Notes: generated by a model from the sequence alone, not told the origin. A DNA stretch of 20,000 nt from an uncultured virus (IMG/VR IMGVR_UViG_3300006484_000009) (IMGVR_UViG_3300006484_000009); one strand, 5' to 3'. Shown: positions 1 through 8,604, counted from the first letter of the stretch. Program-made: numbers and translations.

Positions 1-325
1 TATCATCGATTATGGATTGTTGTTTTAATCTAAGTTCTTCTTGTTTAAGTTTATCAATTTCTTCTTCAATAACTTTAGCATCAACAACATCACCTTTTTC
101 AACTGAGTGTAATTTTATATGTGAATTTAGAATAATACCCTGACTTTCTGCGGTTTCAAATCGTAAATAATCAGATGGTGAAACATCCATGTAGGTATAT
201 TGTGCACCACGCTTGAATGTAATTGTTAATCTTTTAGATTCTTTATCATACTTTGATGATAAAATATTTGATGAGTCATAAGTTGCCTCAATCAAATTTT
301 CAGTTTGTTTTCTTTTTAATAGCAT
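1..325 (-). CDS. KTSC-domain protein with coiled-coil tail (partial, runs off window start)
   Basis: Not in ORF track. Manual translation from ATG at 325: MLLKRKQTENLIEATYDSSNILSSKYDKESKRLTITFKRGAQYTYMDVSPSDYLRFETAESQGIILNSHIK..., matching the KTSC pattern (SSNI..YD..L.I.F..G..Y.Y..V...Y....A.S.G...N..IK). Start overlaps the stop of the 316..540 gene. Confidence 0.8.
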   Translation of the reverse strand, partial: MLLKRKQTENLIEATYDSSNILSSKYDKESKRLTITFKRGAQYTYMDVSPSDYLRFETAESQGIILNSHIKLHSVEKGDVVDAKVIEEEIDKLKQEELRLKQQSIIDD

Positions 326-540
326 AATTTATTACTTGTTTTATAAGCTTTTATTTCTGATAAATTAAATACGTTATGGACATTATCTCCGTCAGCAGTA
401 ATAATTACAATTAAAAATCCATTACTTAAAAATATTCTAGCATCATAATATTTGATATTCGTTATCGATACCCTCTGACTATCATTATATTTTAAAATTT
501 CAACTGATTTGTAATACACTCCATTTTCCATAATTATCAT
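316..540 (-). CDS. hypothetical protein (74 aa)
   Basis: ORF directly downstream of a Bacteroidota promoter (559-590); overlaps the start of the KTSC gene. Confidence 0.7.
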   Translation of the reverse strand: MIIMENGVYYKSVEILKYNDSQRVSITNIKYYDARIFLSNGFLIVIITADGDNVHNVFNLSEIKAYKTSNKLCY

Positions 541-558
541 TTAAACTTTACTTACGTG

Positions 559-590
559 CAAATATACTGATATTTATTTAAAAAAACAAT
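559..590 (-). promoter_or_regulatory. Bacteroidota primary-sigma promoter (-33/-7)
   Basis: Minus strand ATTG-N20-TATATTTG; consensus is TTTG-N19-21-TAnnTTTG. Confidence 0.7.
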
Positions 591-591
591 A

Positions 592-623
592 GTTGATTTT
601 TACAAAAAAAATAAGTACTTTTA
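592..623 (+). promoter_or_regulatory. possible variant Bacteroidota promoter for clpC
   Basis: GTTG-N20-TACTTTTA (last G of the -7 box replaced by A), 15 nt before the ATG at 639. Confidence 0.45.
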
Positions 624-638
624 ACAAAATTTTTTAAT

Positions 639-3158
639 ATGAATAGAGAGATTATACCAAAATTAAAAATCATTATCGGTGAAGCTGTTAAAGAAGCTCG
701 ATTGATGGATGATACACTAGTAAAGCCAGAACACATACTAATTTCAATAATTAATGACAATGATAATGCGTGTTCAGATACATTAAAAAGTCTAGGACTT
801 AATTTAGTATTACTTAATGATTGTTTAATTCTTGAAGTTAGAAATTCAAATCTAACACCTAGAATTGATAATAGCACTAAAGTAACCGTACCTTTTAGTA
901 AAGAAAGTAAATTATTATTTAAAGCTGTTGATTTTGAATCTAAAAGTTTAGGTGATAACCACATAGACACAACACACATCATGATGGCTATGTTAAATAC
1001 AAATAACAAATTAAATATTAGAAAATTATTAAATAGTACTGGGATTTATTATGATAAATTTATAAGCGCAGTTAAACAAATACGAGATATGTTGAATGAA
1101 GAAAATAATTCATCAGATGATGAAAGTGAATTTGATTATTCTAATAGTGAGAATGATAGAAAAGATAAAAAACCAAAAAGAAGTGCACCTAGTAAAACAC
1201 CAGTTCTAGATAATTTCTGTACCGATATTACAAAATTAGTTGATGAAAATAAAATTGACCCAGTTGTTGGTAGAAATAAAGAAATTAAAAGAGTTACTCA
1301 GATTTTATCAAGGAGAAAGAAAAATAATCCAGTATTAATCGGTGAAGCTGGTGTTGGTAAAAGTAGTATTGTTGAGGGTATCGCATTATTAATTAAAAGT
1401 GGGTCAGTACCCAGAACATTAATGGGTAAAAAAATCTATTCATTAGATTTGGCATCAGTTGTTGCTGGTACTAAATACCGAGGTCAATTTGAAGAGCGAA
1501 TTATAGCTATTTTAGATGAACTAAAAGTTAATACTGATATAATCTTATTCATTGACGAATTACACACCTTTATAGGTGCTGGAAATGCATCAGGTTCGCT
1601 AGATGCATCAAACATATTCAAACCAGCATTGGCTAGAGGTGAAATTCAAGTAATTGGTGCAACAACATTAGATGAATTTAGAGAGCACATCGAAAAAGAT
1701 AGTGCATTAACTAGAAGATTCCAACAAGTATTGGTCGAAGCAACTACCGTAGAAGAAACTAAAATTATCTTAAATAATATTAAAGATAAATATGAAAAAT
1801 ACCATAAAGTAACTTATACACCTGAAGCTATTGACGAATGTGTTAAAATGGCTGATAGATATATTACCGATAGAGCTATGCCAGATAAAGCAATTGATGT
1901 TTTAGATGAAGCTGGTGCAAGTACAAATATTGCACATGAACTTCCAGAAAATATTAAAAAACTAGAACTTAAAAAAGATGACATATTAAAAAAGAAATTA
2001 GAGGTTGTCCAAAAACAAAAATACGAAGAAGCTGCTGAACTTAGAGATGAGGAAAGAAAGGTGAATGAAGATTTAGACAAAGCTAAAAAGAATTGGATAG
2101 AATCTTTAGATAAAAAAAGAACAATAATTGATGTTAATTTAATTGCTGAAACAGTATCAACAATGACTGGAATTCCATTAAGTAAAATCTCCTCACAAGA
2201 GAATAAAAAACTTATGTCAATGGATAAGGATTTGATGGGTAAAGTAATTGGTCAAGATGATGCAGTACTTAAAGTGATTAAAGCTATCAAAAGAAATCGT
2301 TTAGGTATTAGAAATAGAAATAAACCAATCGGTTCATTTATTTTCTTAGGACCAACTGGTGTTGGTAAAACACATTTAAGTAAATTATTAACTGAAGAGA
2401 TATTTGGTGATTCAGATGCATTAATTCGTATTGATATGAGTGAATACATGGAAAAACATTCAGTATCTAAATTAATTGGTTCACCTCCAGGATATGTTGG
2501 GTTTGAACAAGGTGGTCAATTAACTGAAAAAGTTAGAAGAAAACCATATTCAGTTATTTTATTTGATGAAATTGAAAAGGCACATGATGATGTATTCAAT
2601 ATCTTACTACAATTACTAGATGAAGGTCAATTAACTGATAGTTTTGGTAGAAAAATAAACTTCAAAAATTGTCTAATAATACTTACATCAAATGTTGGTG
2701 CTAAAGAATTGACTAGCTTTGGTAAATCTATGGGGTTCCAAACTGATTCTGTTATTTCTAATGAAGAAGAAAGAACTCGTTCAATTATTGAAAAAGCACT
2801 TAAAAAGAAATTCAAACCAGAATTCTTAAATAGACTTGATGAAATTATAGTCTTTAATAGCTTAAAAGAGGAAGATATTCATAAAATAATCTATAACGAA
2901 CTTGATAAATTAAAAGAACGTGTATTAGAAATGGGTTATAATATTAAAATAAATAAATCAGCTATAGAATTTGTTGCTAAAAATGGGTATGATGAAGCTT
3001 ATGGTGCCAGACCATTAAATAGAGCAATCCAAAGATACATTGAGGACCCAATTGCTGATGAAATTTTAAGTGGTAATTTCAAGGAAGGTGAAACTATAAA
3101 CATAACCTTAGATAAAACCAAAAACGAAATAGTAATCAAAGGAGATAAAACTAAATAA
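639..3158 (+). CDS. clpC: ATP-dependent Clp protease ATP-binding subunit, ClpC-type
   Basis: Double Clp-N repeat (PEHIL; TTHIM). AAA1 Walker A GEAGVGKS and Walker B FIDELH. Short UVR-like middle domain (QKYEEAAELRD). AAA2 GPTGVGKT, DMSEYMEKH, LIGSPPGYVG, YGARPL. ClpP-docking tripeptide MGF. Confidence 0.95.
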   Translation: MNREIIPKLKIIIGEAVKEARLMDDTLVKPEHILISIINDNDNACSDTLKSLGLNLVLLNDCLILEVRNSNLTPRIDNSTKVTVPFSKESKLLFKAVDFESKSLGDNHIDTTHIMMAMLNTNNKLNIRKLLNSTGIYYDKFISAVKQIRDMLNEENNSSDDESEFDYSNSENDRKDKKPKRSAPSKTPVLDNFCTDITKLVDENKIDPVVGRNKEIKRVTQILSRRKKNNPVLIGEAGVGKSSIVEGIALLIKSGSVPRTLMGKKIYSLDLASVVAGTKYRGQFEERIIAILDELKVNTDIILFIDELHTFIGAGNASGSLDASNIFKPALARGEIQVIGATTLDEFREHIEKDSALTRRFQQVLVEATTVEETKIILNNIKDKYEKYHKVTYTPEAIDECVKMADRYITDRAMPDKAIDVLDEAGASTNIAHELPENIKKLELKKDDILKKKLEVVQKQKYEEAAELRDEERKVNEDLDKAKKNWIESLDKKRTIIDVNLIAETVSTMTGIPLSKISSQENKKLMSMDKDLMGKVIGQDDAVLKVIKAIKRNRLGIRNRNKPIGSFIFLGPTGVGKTHLSKLLTEEIFGDSDALIRIDMSEYMEKHSVSKLIGSPPGYVGFEQGGQLTEKVRRKPYSVILFDEIEKAHDDVFNILLQLLDEGQLTDSFGRKINFKNCLIILTSNVGAKELTSFGKSMGFQTDSVISNEEERTRSIIEKALKKKFKPEFLNRLDEIIVFNSLKEEDIHKIIYNELDKLKERVLEMGYNIKINKSAIEFVAKNGYDEAYGARPLNRAIQRYIEDPIADEILSGNFKEGETINITLDKTKNEIVIKGDKTK

Positions 3159-3160
3159 TT

Positions 3161-3186
3161 AAAAACCCACAATTGTGGGTTTTTTT
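3161..3186 (+). terminator. intrinsic terminator after clpC (symmetrical, potentially bidirectional)
   Basis: AAAAACCCAC-AATT-GTGGGTTTTTTT hairpin with T-tract. Confidence 0.85.
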
Positions 3187-3188
3187 AT

Positions 3189-3196
3189 ATATTTAT
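3189..3196 (+). promoter_or_regulatory. putative phage late promoter ATATTTAT
   Basis: ATATTTAT 4 nt before ATG 3201; the same motif recurs in sense orientation before 8 other starts. Confidence 0.55.
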
Positions 3197-3200
3197 AATT

Positions 3201-3590
3201 ATGATTGAAGAAATTCTAAATAATAAGTTTTCAGACTATTTAACAGGTCTAGATATATACGAAGATGGTAAGAGTATAAAACTAGCTAGAATCGTAATTA
3301 AAGATGAATTTAGAGGTAGTGGTGTTGGGTCAGATATAATGAGTGACTTAATAAATTACGCTGATAATAATAAAAAGATTATAACCTTAACACCATCATC
3401 TGATTTTGGTGGTAATAAAAATCGACTTATTCAATTTTATAAAAGATTCGGATTTAAACCGAATAAAGGTGTTCATAAAAGTTATGAATATATGGATGTG
3501 ATGATTAGGTGGCCTAAAATAAACGAAGGGTCCCCAACGAAGACCCTTATCAAAGATTTACTTAGAGAAAGTTTAATTAATTTTAGATAA
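3201..3590 (+). CDS. GNAT-family N-acetyltransferase with C-terminal LIKDLLRE motif
   Basis: Acetyl-CoA motif A (IVIKDEFRGSGVGSDIM) and motif B (LIQFYKRFGF). Confidence 0.85.
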   Translation: MIEEILNNKFSDYLTGLDIYEDGKSIKLARIVIKDEFRGSGVGSDIMSDLINYADNNKKIITLTPSSDFGGNKNRLIQFYKRFGFKPNKGVHKSYEYMDVMIRWPKINEGSPTKTLIKDLLRESLINFR

Positions 3591-4268
3591 TTTATTTTTA
3601 ATACCCACTATATAATGGTGATTACTAATTTTATGACCAGAATTGATGTAACTTTGATACCCACCTGGCCCAGCATTATATTTAACTAGTGCATTTTCAG
3701 GTAAACCAGATTTCATATTTCTATTCATCATATAACCCCAAAACACTAAATTATTATTTTTATTTGATAACCATTTAACTGATTGTGAATATGTAGTAGG
3801 TTTAACTAAGGTTGAATCACCACTCAAATATCTAAATACTTTGATATCATTATCAGTAACTAATTTAGTCATTATTGCTAGACCAGATTTAGGTGATATT
3901 TGAGCAATACCAATATGACCACCACTACCAACATTTACCACACCATTTTTATAATGCTTTGAACCAGACTCAATGATTATTTGACCGACAAATAATTTAA
4001 ATCCTATCTGAGTGGTATCCAGATTATAAAATTCACAAACCTTTATAAATTGTGTTACAGTTTGCGAATCAATTTCTGGATTGTAATGACTAAATGCTTT
4101 ATATGCAAAAGTATAATTAGGGTCAATTGTGATAATACTATCTTTTGATTCTTTAGTACTATCAAAATCATAACTTTTATTAGTTAAAATTGTTGGCTTA
4201 CCATTAGGTATAATTAAACTTGTTGATACAAAAATCGCTAAAAATAATAGTTTATTTAAATTTTTCAT
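3573..4268 (-). CDS. SLT-like lytic transglycosylase with N-terminal signal/anchor (endolysin candidate)
   Basis: Hydrophobic N-terminus (LLFLAIFVSTSLII); SLT motifs IIIES, GIAQI, ALVKYNAGPG. Confidence 0.75.
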   Translation of the reverse strand: MKNLNKLLFLAIFVSTSLIIPNGKPTILTNKSYDFDSTKESKDSIITIDPNYTFAYKAFSHYNPEIDSQTVTQFIKVCEFYNLDTTQIGFKLFVGQIIIESGSKHYKNGVVNVGSGGHIGIAQISPKSGLAIMTKLVTDNDIKVFRYLSGDSTLVKPTTYSQSVKWLSNKNNNLVFWGYMMNRNMKSGLPENALVKYNAGPGGYQSYINSGHKISNHHYIVGIKNKLSKIN

Positions 4269-4281
4269 ATATTTTTTTTTA

Positions 4282-4313
4282 CAAATATACTAATTAATTA
4301 TCATATTTGCAAA
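4282..4313 (-). promoter_or_regulatory. Bacteroidota primary-sigma promoter
   Basis: Minus strand TTTG-N20-TATATTTG upstream of ATG 4268. Confidence 0.8.
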
Positions 4314-4340
4314 TATATCAGATACTTGAGGTATATACAA

Positions 4341-4374
4341 TAAAATAGCCGTGGATATAAATACCCACAGCTAT
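4341..4374 (-). terminator. probable intrinsic terminator after the 66-aa gene
   Basis: Minus strand ATAGCTGTGG-GTATTTATAT-CCACGGCTAT-TTTA; 10-bp stem with one G-U pair. Confidence 0.6.
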
Positions 4375-4396
4375 AGTTTTAATTTAAAATTAAATA

Positions 4397-4597
4397 TTAC
4401 TTATTACCTTTAGCGATTTCTGAAATCGTTTTTTCTAATTTAGCGATTTTAGATTCTAACAAACTAGCTTTTTTAGCTTCTTGCTCAGCAATCCATTCAC
4501 CTTTCTTTTTCTCAACCGCTTCTTTTACGATGTTATCGATTAAATCAACTAACGCTGATTCTTTGATTTGTACTGTTTTGTTTGTGTTTTTTGACAT
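4397..4597 (-). CDS. small coiled-coil protein, candidate prohead core/internal protein
   Basis: K/E-rich helix with VQIKESALVDLIDNIVKE motif; ATATTTAT upstream. Confidence 0.75.
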   Translation of the reverse strand: MSKNTNKTVQIKESALVDLIDNIVKEAVEKKKGEWIAEQEAKKASLLESKIAKLEKTISEIAKGNK

Positions 4598-4637
4598 GTC
4601 TTAAAGTTTATAAAAATTTTTATTACTCTTGTATATT

Positions 4638-4645
4638 ATAAATAT
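4638..4645 (-). promoter_or_regulatory. putative late promoter ATATTTAT
   Basis: ATAAATAT on + strand, 40 nt upstream of start 4597. Confidence 0.5.
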
Positions 4646-4681
4646 AACATTTTTAACAAAAAGACAAAATAAAAATAAAAA

Positions 4682-5206
4682 TTAGCACAATTTATCAGCA
4701 CCCTTGGTTGCAGCCCACGCATCAGGTTTAACTTTAAAATCATACCCCATACCTAACATATAACCAACCGCTTCACTTAACGCTTTATTAGAATCAAATC
4801 TAACATCTGGATTTATATCAGCATGTATCTCAAGTTTAATATCATATAAATCTAATAACGGTGAAATTTCACAAGCAATCTCAATTGTTTTAGCAACTTC
4901 CTTCATCATTCGTTCCTTAACACCTTCTTTACCTTTCTTTTGTGTTGCATCAAAATATGCACCACCGATTACCATACCACCTTTACCTTGGTGAATATCT
5001 CTACCAAATTTATCTTTACCAATATTTTCAGTTAATGCAACAACTATAGCTGTCGCAAATTGGTATCCAACACCTCTTCTTTTTGAGTCAGTACCAATAC
5101 ATACTTTTATCCCATAACCTTTTGCCATTTCTTCTTCAAATATTTTTTCTAAATATTCAACTATTGGTTCATTAATAAACCCTTTTGAAACTCTCTTCCA
5201 TTTCAT
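4682..5206 (-). CDS. RNase H-like YkuK/DUF458 family protein
   Basis: Motifs CIGTDS, ERMMKEV, LEIHADIN, GYMLGMG, KPDAWAATKGAD. Confidence 0.85.
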   Translation of the reverse strand: MKWKRVSKGFINEPIVEYLEKIFEEEMAKGYGIKVCIGTDSKRRGVGYQFATAIVVALTENIGKDKFGRDIHQGKGGMVIGGAYFDATQKKGKEGVKERMMKEVAKTIEIACEISPLLDLYDIKLEIHADINPDVRFDSNKALSEAVGYMLGMGYDFKVKPDAWAATKGADKLC

Positions 5207-5235
5207 AACTTTTAATTTTTAATTTTTTTATCAAT

Positions 5236-5262
5236 AAAAAACCCCCAGTGTTATTGGGGGTT
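5236..5262 (-). terminator. intrinsic terminator overlapping the LRR gene stop
   Basis: Minus strand AACCCCCAATAACACTGGGGGTTTTTT. Confidence 0.75.
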
Positions 5263-6651
5263 CGTTATAATTGTATTCGGTAGTAACCGCCTCAATTTAT
5301 TATAATTCTCATCCCCTATATCTTTTATGCTAACCGCAACTCTATGTAACTTCCCACCATTCGACTTATCTAAATATTTAATCGTATCTGGAATATCAAT
5401 AATTCTATTACCCAAAATATTTAAAAATATTAAATTTTTAAGATTACCAATCTCTCTGGGTATCGTGGTTAGTTTATTATCTCTAACCACCATGACCTCA
5501 AGATTTGGTAATGAACACACCGATGGGTGTATAGATACCAAATTGGTATTATGCATCTCCAGTGTCTCCAAATTTTTAAATCTACTTAAATCTCCCATTT
5601 TAGGTACTTCTCTATCTCTAAATATTATTATAGGTGTAGTATCTTCGATTACCTCAAATAAACTATCACTAAATCCAAATTTAATTAAATGGTTTAAATA
5701 TGTATTATTACCGATAGACCTAACCATCTTTGACAAGTTAATTAACTCATCATGGAAATAATTACTTAAACCATCACTATGCATCAAAACAGAATCAAAT
5801 ATTCCACTATTTTGAATTGTGTTTTTTCTATTCTTAACCTGGTTACTTTCAAAATGTATCTGATACAATGTATCATCATTTAATTCACCATTAAAAAACT
5901 CATTGTTAATAATTATGTAGATTTTCGATTTTTTACCATTTGGTGTCTTATAATTTGTTGTATAATTCTGAAACATACCATTCCCAGATTTACACGTACA
6001 CCAATTGGCAAATGAATCAAATACTACACTAGCATCCCTAGTTAAAGGGATATAAACTGTGTATTTCCTATCTCTAACACCTATTTCAGCTTGACCAGAG
6101 TCAACAAATTTATATAATAATCGTTCAATACCAGAAGCATCCCTAACAATAAATGGGTCAACAGCATCAAATAATTGACTTAATGATTTATACTGATTTA
6201 TATCAGTTGGGTCACTTAAATCTTTTAATATATAACTACCACTACATAAATTTTTAAATTTTTGTTTTCTTTTATTCCCTTCAAATATTTCTAAATATTC
6301 TTTAGCCAATGGCAAATCTTCAACAACAAATCTAATAGCCTCAATTATTTTATCTGATTTTAATAACCTATTAAAAGTTGTTAACATCCATTGAGTATAC
6401 ATCTTGTTTAGTGTTGGGTCTGAATCAATCATAACATCAAAAATGTGTTTTGATATGCTAAAATTCTTCTTTACCTTATCACCAACCTCAATAGAAGATA
6501 TCAATGCTAAACAGATTTCATCATCAGACTTAACTTTAGTAACATCATAACCATTACCATTAAGTTTCACAATCTTTGTCTCTAAAATTTTAGTGTCAAA
6601 AATGTCAAACTTATCTGATAAAAATTGTAACCTATCTGTTATTGATGTCAT
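5251..6651 (-). CDS. leucine-rich-repeat protein with N-terminal WCT-motif domain
   Basis: About three 23-aa LRRs (LETLEMHNTNLVSIHPSVCSLPNLEVMVVRDNKLTTIPREIGNLKNLIFLNILGNRIIDIPDTI). N-terminal motifs DPT..KMYTQWM, DINQYKS, NWCT, YQIHFESNQ. Confidence 0.8.
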   Translation of the reverse strand: MTSITDRLQFLSDKFDIFDTKILETKIVKLNGNGYDVTKVKSDDEICLALISSIEVGDKVKKNFSISKHIFDVMIDSDPTLNKMYTQWMLTTFNRLLKSDKIIEAIRFVVEDLPLAKEYLEIFEGNKRKQKFKNLCSGSYILKDLSDPTDINQYKSLSQLFDAVDPFIVRDASGIERLLYKFVDSGQAEIGVRDRKYTVYIPLTRDASVVFDSFANWCTCKSGNGMFQNYTTNYKTPNGKKSKIYIIINNEFFNGELNDDTLYQIHFESNQVKNRKNTIQNSGIFDSVLMHSDGLSNYFHDELINLSKMVRSIGNNTYLNHLIKFGFSDSLFEVIEDTTPIIIFRDREVPKMGDLSRFKNLETLEMHNTNLVSIHPSVCSLPNLEVMVVRDNKLTTIPREIGNLKNLIFLNILGNRIIDIPDTIKYLDKSNGGKLHRVAVSIKDIGDENYNKLRRLLPNTIITNPQ

Positions 6652-6668
6652 TTATTTAAATTTAAAAA

Positions 6669-6700
6669 CAAATATACTAAATCTAAAGTAAAATATCAAG
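6669..6700 (-). promoter_or_regulatory. Bacteroidota primary-sigma promoter
   Basis: Minus strand CTTG-N20-TATATTTG upstream of ATG 6651. Confidence 0.75.
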
Positions 6701-6703
6701 TAA

Positions 6704-7039
6704 TTATATAAATCTATTTATTAAATCTTCCTCCAGAAAAGTTTCAATCTGTGGTTTAATTACCCAAAATAGGTGATTATCTGTACAAAACTTATCGATT
6801 ATATCAAGCATAACTAAATTAGGATTTTCACCATCAGTAATTCTATATTTAACTTCCTCAAAAGAATTATATTTTCCAATACTAACCAAACCATTCATAA
6901 TTATATTGTATATTTCCCATCTATCCATATCTTTCTCATTCGAGTCCCACATGGAGTTTATTGCAAAATTTCTATATAGCTTGTCAAGCCTACTAAATTT
7001 GCCAGAACTAGTTTTAATTGTTAAATTAAATTCTTTCAT
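6704..7039 (-). CDS. hypothetical protein, probable paralog of 7121..7441
   Basis: Shares the W..YN..I...L...E..Y..TD...PN pattern with its neighbour. Confidence 0.75.
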   Translation of the reverse strand: MKEFNLTIKTSSGKFSRLDKLYRNFAINSMWDSNEKDMDRWEIYNIIMNGLVSIGKYNSFEEVKYRITDGENPNLVMLDIIDKFCTDNHLFWVIKPQIETFLEEDLINRFI

Positions 7040-7070
7040 CTGTCTACTATTTTAGTGTTTGTTATTAATG

Positions 7071-7078
7071 ATAAATAT
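7071..7078 (-). promoter_or_regulatory. putative late promoter ATATTTAT
   Basis: TGATATTTATC on minus strand, 31 nt upstream of start 7039. Confidence 0.5.
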
Positions 7079-7120
7079 CAACACACACTAGCTAAATCTA
7101 TAAAATTGATTATATTTTCT

Positions 7121-7441
7121 TTAGAAATTGTTAATTTTATTATACAATCTATAAAGTTCTGGACTTAAGTTTTTTAACTCATTTAAAACCTGGATACATG
7201 CCTCATTTGGTGGGATATTATCGGTTAATTTATATTGCAATTCCTTAACCTTAAGGGCATCTTTTATATTATATTTTAATTCTAAAATAACTTGATTGTA
7301 AGTGGCCCATTCATTTTTGGTTTTTAAATCACCATTGAATAAATTTTCAGTTATTTTATCTTCATATGCATGCTCTAAATAAGTATCAAATGGGCCATAT
7401 ACTTCCCTTAATTTTTCCCTTATTTTGGCGTTAATGTTCAC
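7121..7441 (-). CDS. hypothetical protein with KIREKLRE leader (GTG start)
   Basis: Starts 10 nt after the preceding gene's stop; leader MNINAKIREKLRE; probable paralog of 6704..7039. Confidence 0.75.
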   Translation of the reverse strand: MNINAKIREKLREVYGPFDTYLEHAYEDKITENLFNGDLKTKNEWATYNQVILELKYNIKDALKVKELQYKLTDNIPPNEACIQVLNELKNLSPELYRLYNKINNF

Positions 7442-7451
7442 AACATCTATC

Positions 7452-7796
7452 TTACTTTAGTGTTATATTTTTAGATAACATACCATCTTTAATTTCATCA
7501 CGGTACCAATCATCAATTACTTGCTTAAGAAATTCTTCACCACAAATTCCATGGTAGGTATACTTAAAATAATCTAAAAGGTCTTTAGCGTTAATTATGC
7601 TATCATCAGCTTTGACTTTAAATCTAGGTTGTTCATTATAGTCATGATAATCTTTCACTATAGCAGTTACCTTTTCGTAGTTGTTATTTAAGTTATCTAA
7701 AACTTCATCCAATACAATATGATAATCCCCTTCCTTAATCAAGGGTTTTATAATTTTATTATACTGCGATTCCGTTATTATAATTTTCTTTATCAT
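7452..7796 (-). CDS. hypothetical protein with KKIIITESQ leader
   Basis: Start reassigned from 7823 to ATG 7796 (MIKKIIITESQYNKIIKPLIKE), because 7803-7845 holds the ATATTTAT motif and the thioredoxin terminator. Confidence 0.75.
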   Translation of the reverse strand: MIKKIIITESQYNKIIKPLIKEGDYHIVLDEVLDNLNNNYEKVTAIVKDYHDYNEQPRFKVKADDSIINAKDLLDYFKYTYHGICGEEFLKQVIDDWYRDEIKDGMLSKNITLK

Positions 7797-7802
7797 TATA
7801 AT

Positions 7803-7810
7803 ATAAATAT
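7803..7810 (-). promoter_or_regulatory. putative late promoter ATATTTAT
   Basis: TGATATTTAT 6 nt before ATG 7796, immediately downstream of a terminator. Confidence 0.6.
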
Positions 7811-7821
7811 CAGTATAAAAC

Positions 7822-7845
7822 AAAAAAAGCGGGAAAACCCGCTTT
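7822..7845 (-). terminator. intrinsic terminator after thioredoxin
   Basis: Minus strand AAAGCGGG-TTTT-CCCGCTTTTTTT. Confidence 0.85.
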
Positions 7846-7848
7846 AAA

Positions 7849-8157
7849 TTATTCTATAAAAATCCTTAAACCCTCAAGGGTTTGTGAACCAGATATTCGT
7901 CTATCAACATTACCACCCTTAAATAATACTAATGTTGGGATACTCCTAATTTGATACTGTAATGCTAATGAGTTATTATCATCAACGTTAAGCTTTACGA
8001 CCACAACTGAGTCAGTTTCATTTGCTAGGTCTTCTAATAATGGACCAATCGTTTTACAAGGTCCACACCATGGGGCCCAAAAATCTACTAAAACTGGTTT
8101 AGCTGATTTCAACACTAATTCTTCAAAATTAGTTAAATTTACTTCTTGTACTTTCAT
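7849..8157 (-). CDS. trxA: thioredoxin
   Basis: VDFWAPWCGPC active site, KLNVD, IRSIPTL. Confidence 0.95.
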   Translation of the reverse strand: MKVQEVNLTNFEELVLKSAKPVLVDFWAPWCGPCKTIGPLLEDLANETDSVVVVKLNVDDNNSLALQYQIRSIPTLVLFKGGNVDRRISGSQTLEGLRIFIE

Positions 8158-8170
8158 AACTTTTTATTTA

Positions 8171-8518
8171 TTAAATATTTTTAGATGCACTAAAAACTGT
8201 ATTTACTAAAGATATTGATTCATAAGATTTTTCCCAAACCTTATCATTTAAAAAATCATACATATAATTTGCTGATTCTTCATTTGTCAAACCAAAAAAA
8301 ATTGATAACCTACCCAAAACCTTATTTAATATTAAATTATCAGTTTTACTAAATGGTAAACTAAATATCATTTTATCAGATAATGATTTACACATATTTC
8401 TAAATGTTTGGTAACCCAAAGCACGAGTAGACCTGTTAATCGATGTTGAACTAAATCTAAACTCATCGTATAAAAAATCACAAATATGGTATAAAACAAT
8501 CTTGTCAAACTTATTCAT
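8171..8518 (-). CDS. hypothetical protein
   Basis: 115-aa ORF co-oriented with and 13 nt upstream of thioredoxin. Confidence 0.7.
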   Translation of the reverse strand: MNKFDKIVLYHICDFLYDEFRFSSTSINRSTRALGYQTFRNMCKSLSDKMIFSLPFSKTDNLILNKVLGRLSIFFGLTNEESANYMYDFLNDKVWEKSYESISLVNTVFSASKNI

Positions 8519-8604
8519 TAGGTTGATATTTTTATTTTTTTAAAATTACTATTTAAAATTTAAAAAAACATATTTATTTAAGTAAAATGTTATAATTAAA
8601 ATGG

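Noticed and set aside
578..2815. Minus-strand ORFs 578..1009, 1814..2080, 2252..2449, 2627..2815
   Set aside because: Antisense shadows of clpC; Ser/Leu/Phe-rich with no motifs
4682..5206. Transposase/integrase call for the RNase H-fold protein
   Set aside because: Motifs match the YkuK/DUF458 family; no terminal inverted repeats or target duplications seen
5327..5761. Plus-strand 144-aa ORF
   Set aside because: Antisense to the LRR gene
7797..7823. ORF-track start at 7823
   Set aside because: Overlaps the terminator tail and the ATATTTAT motif; ATG 7796 gives the family leader
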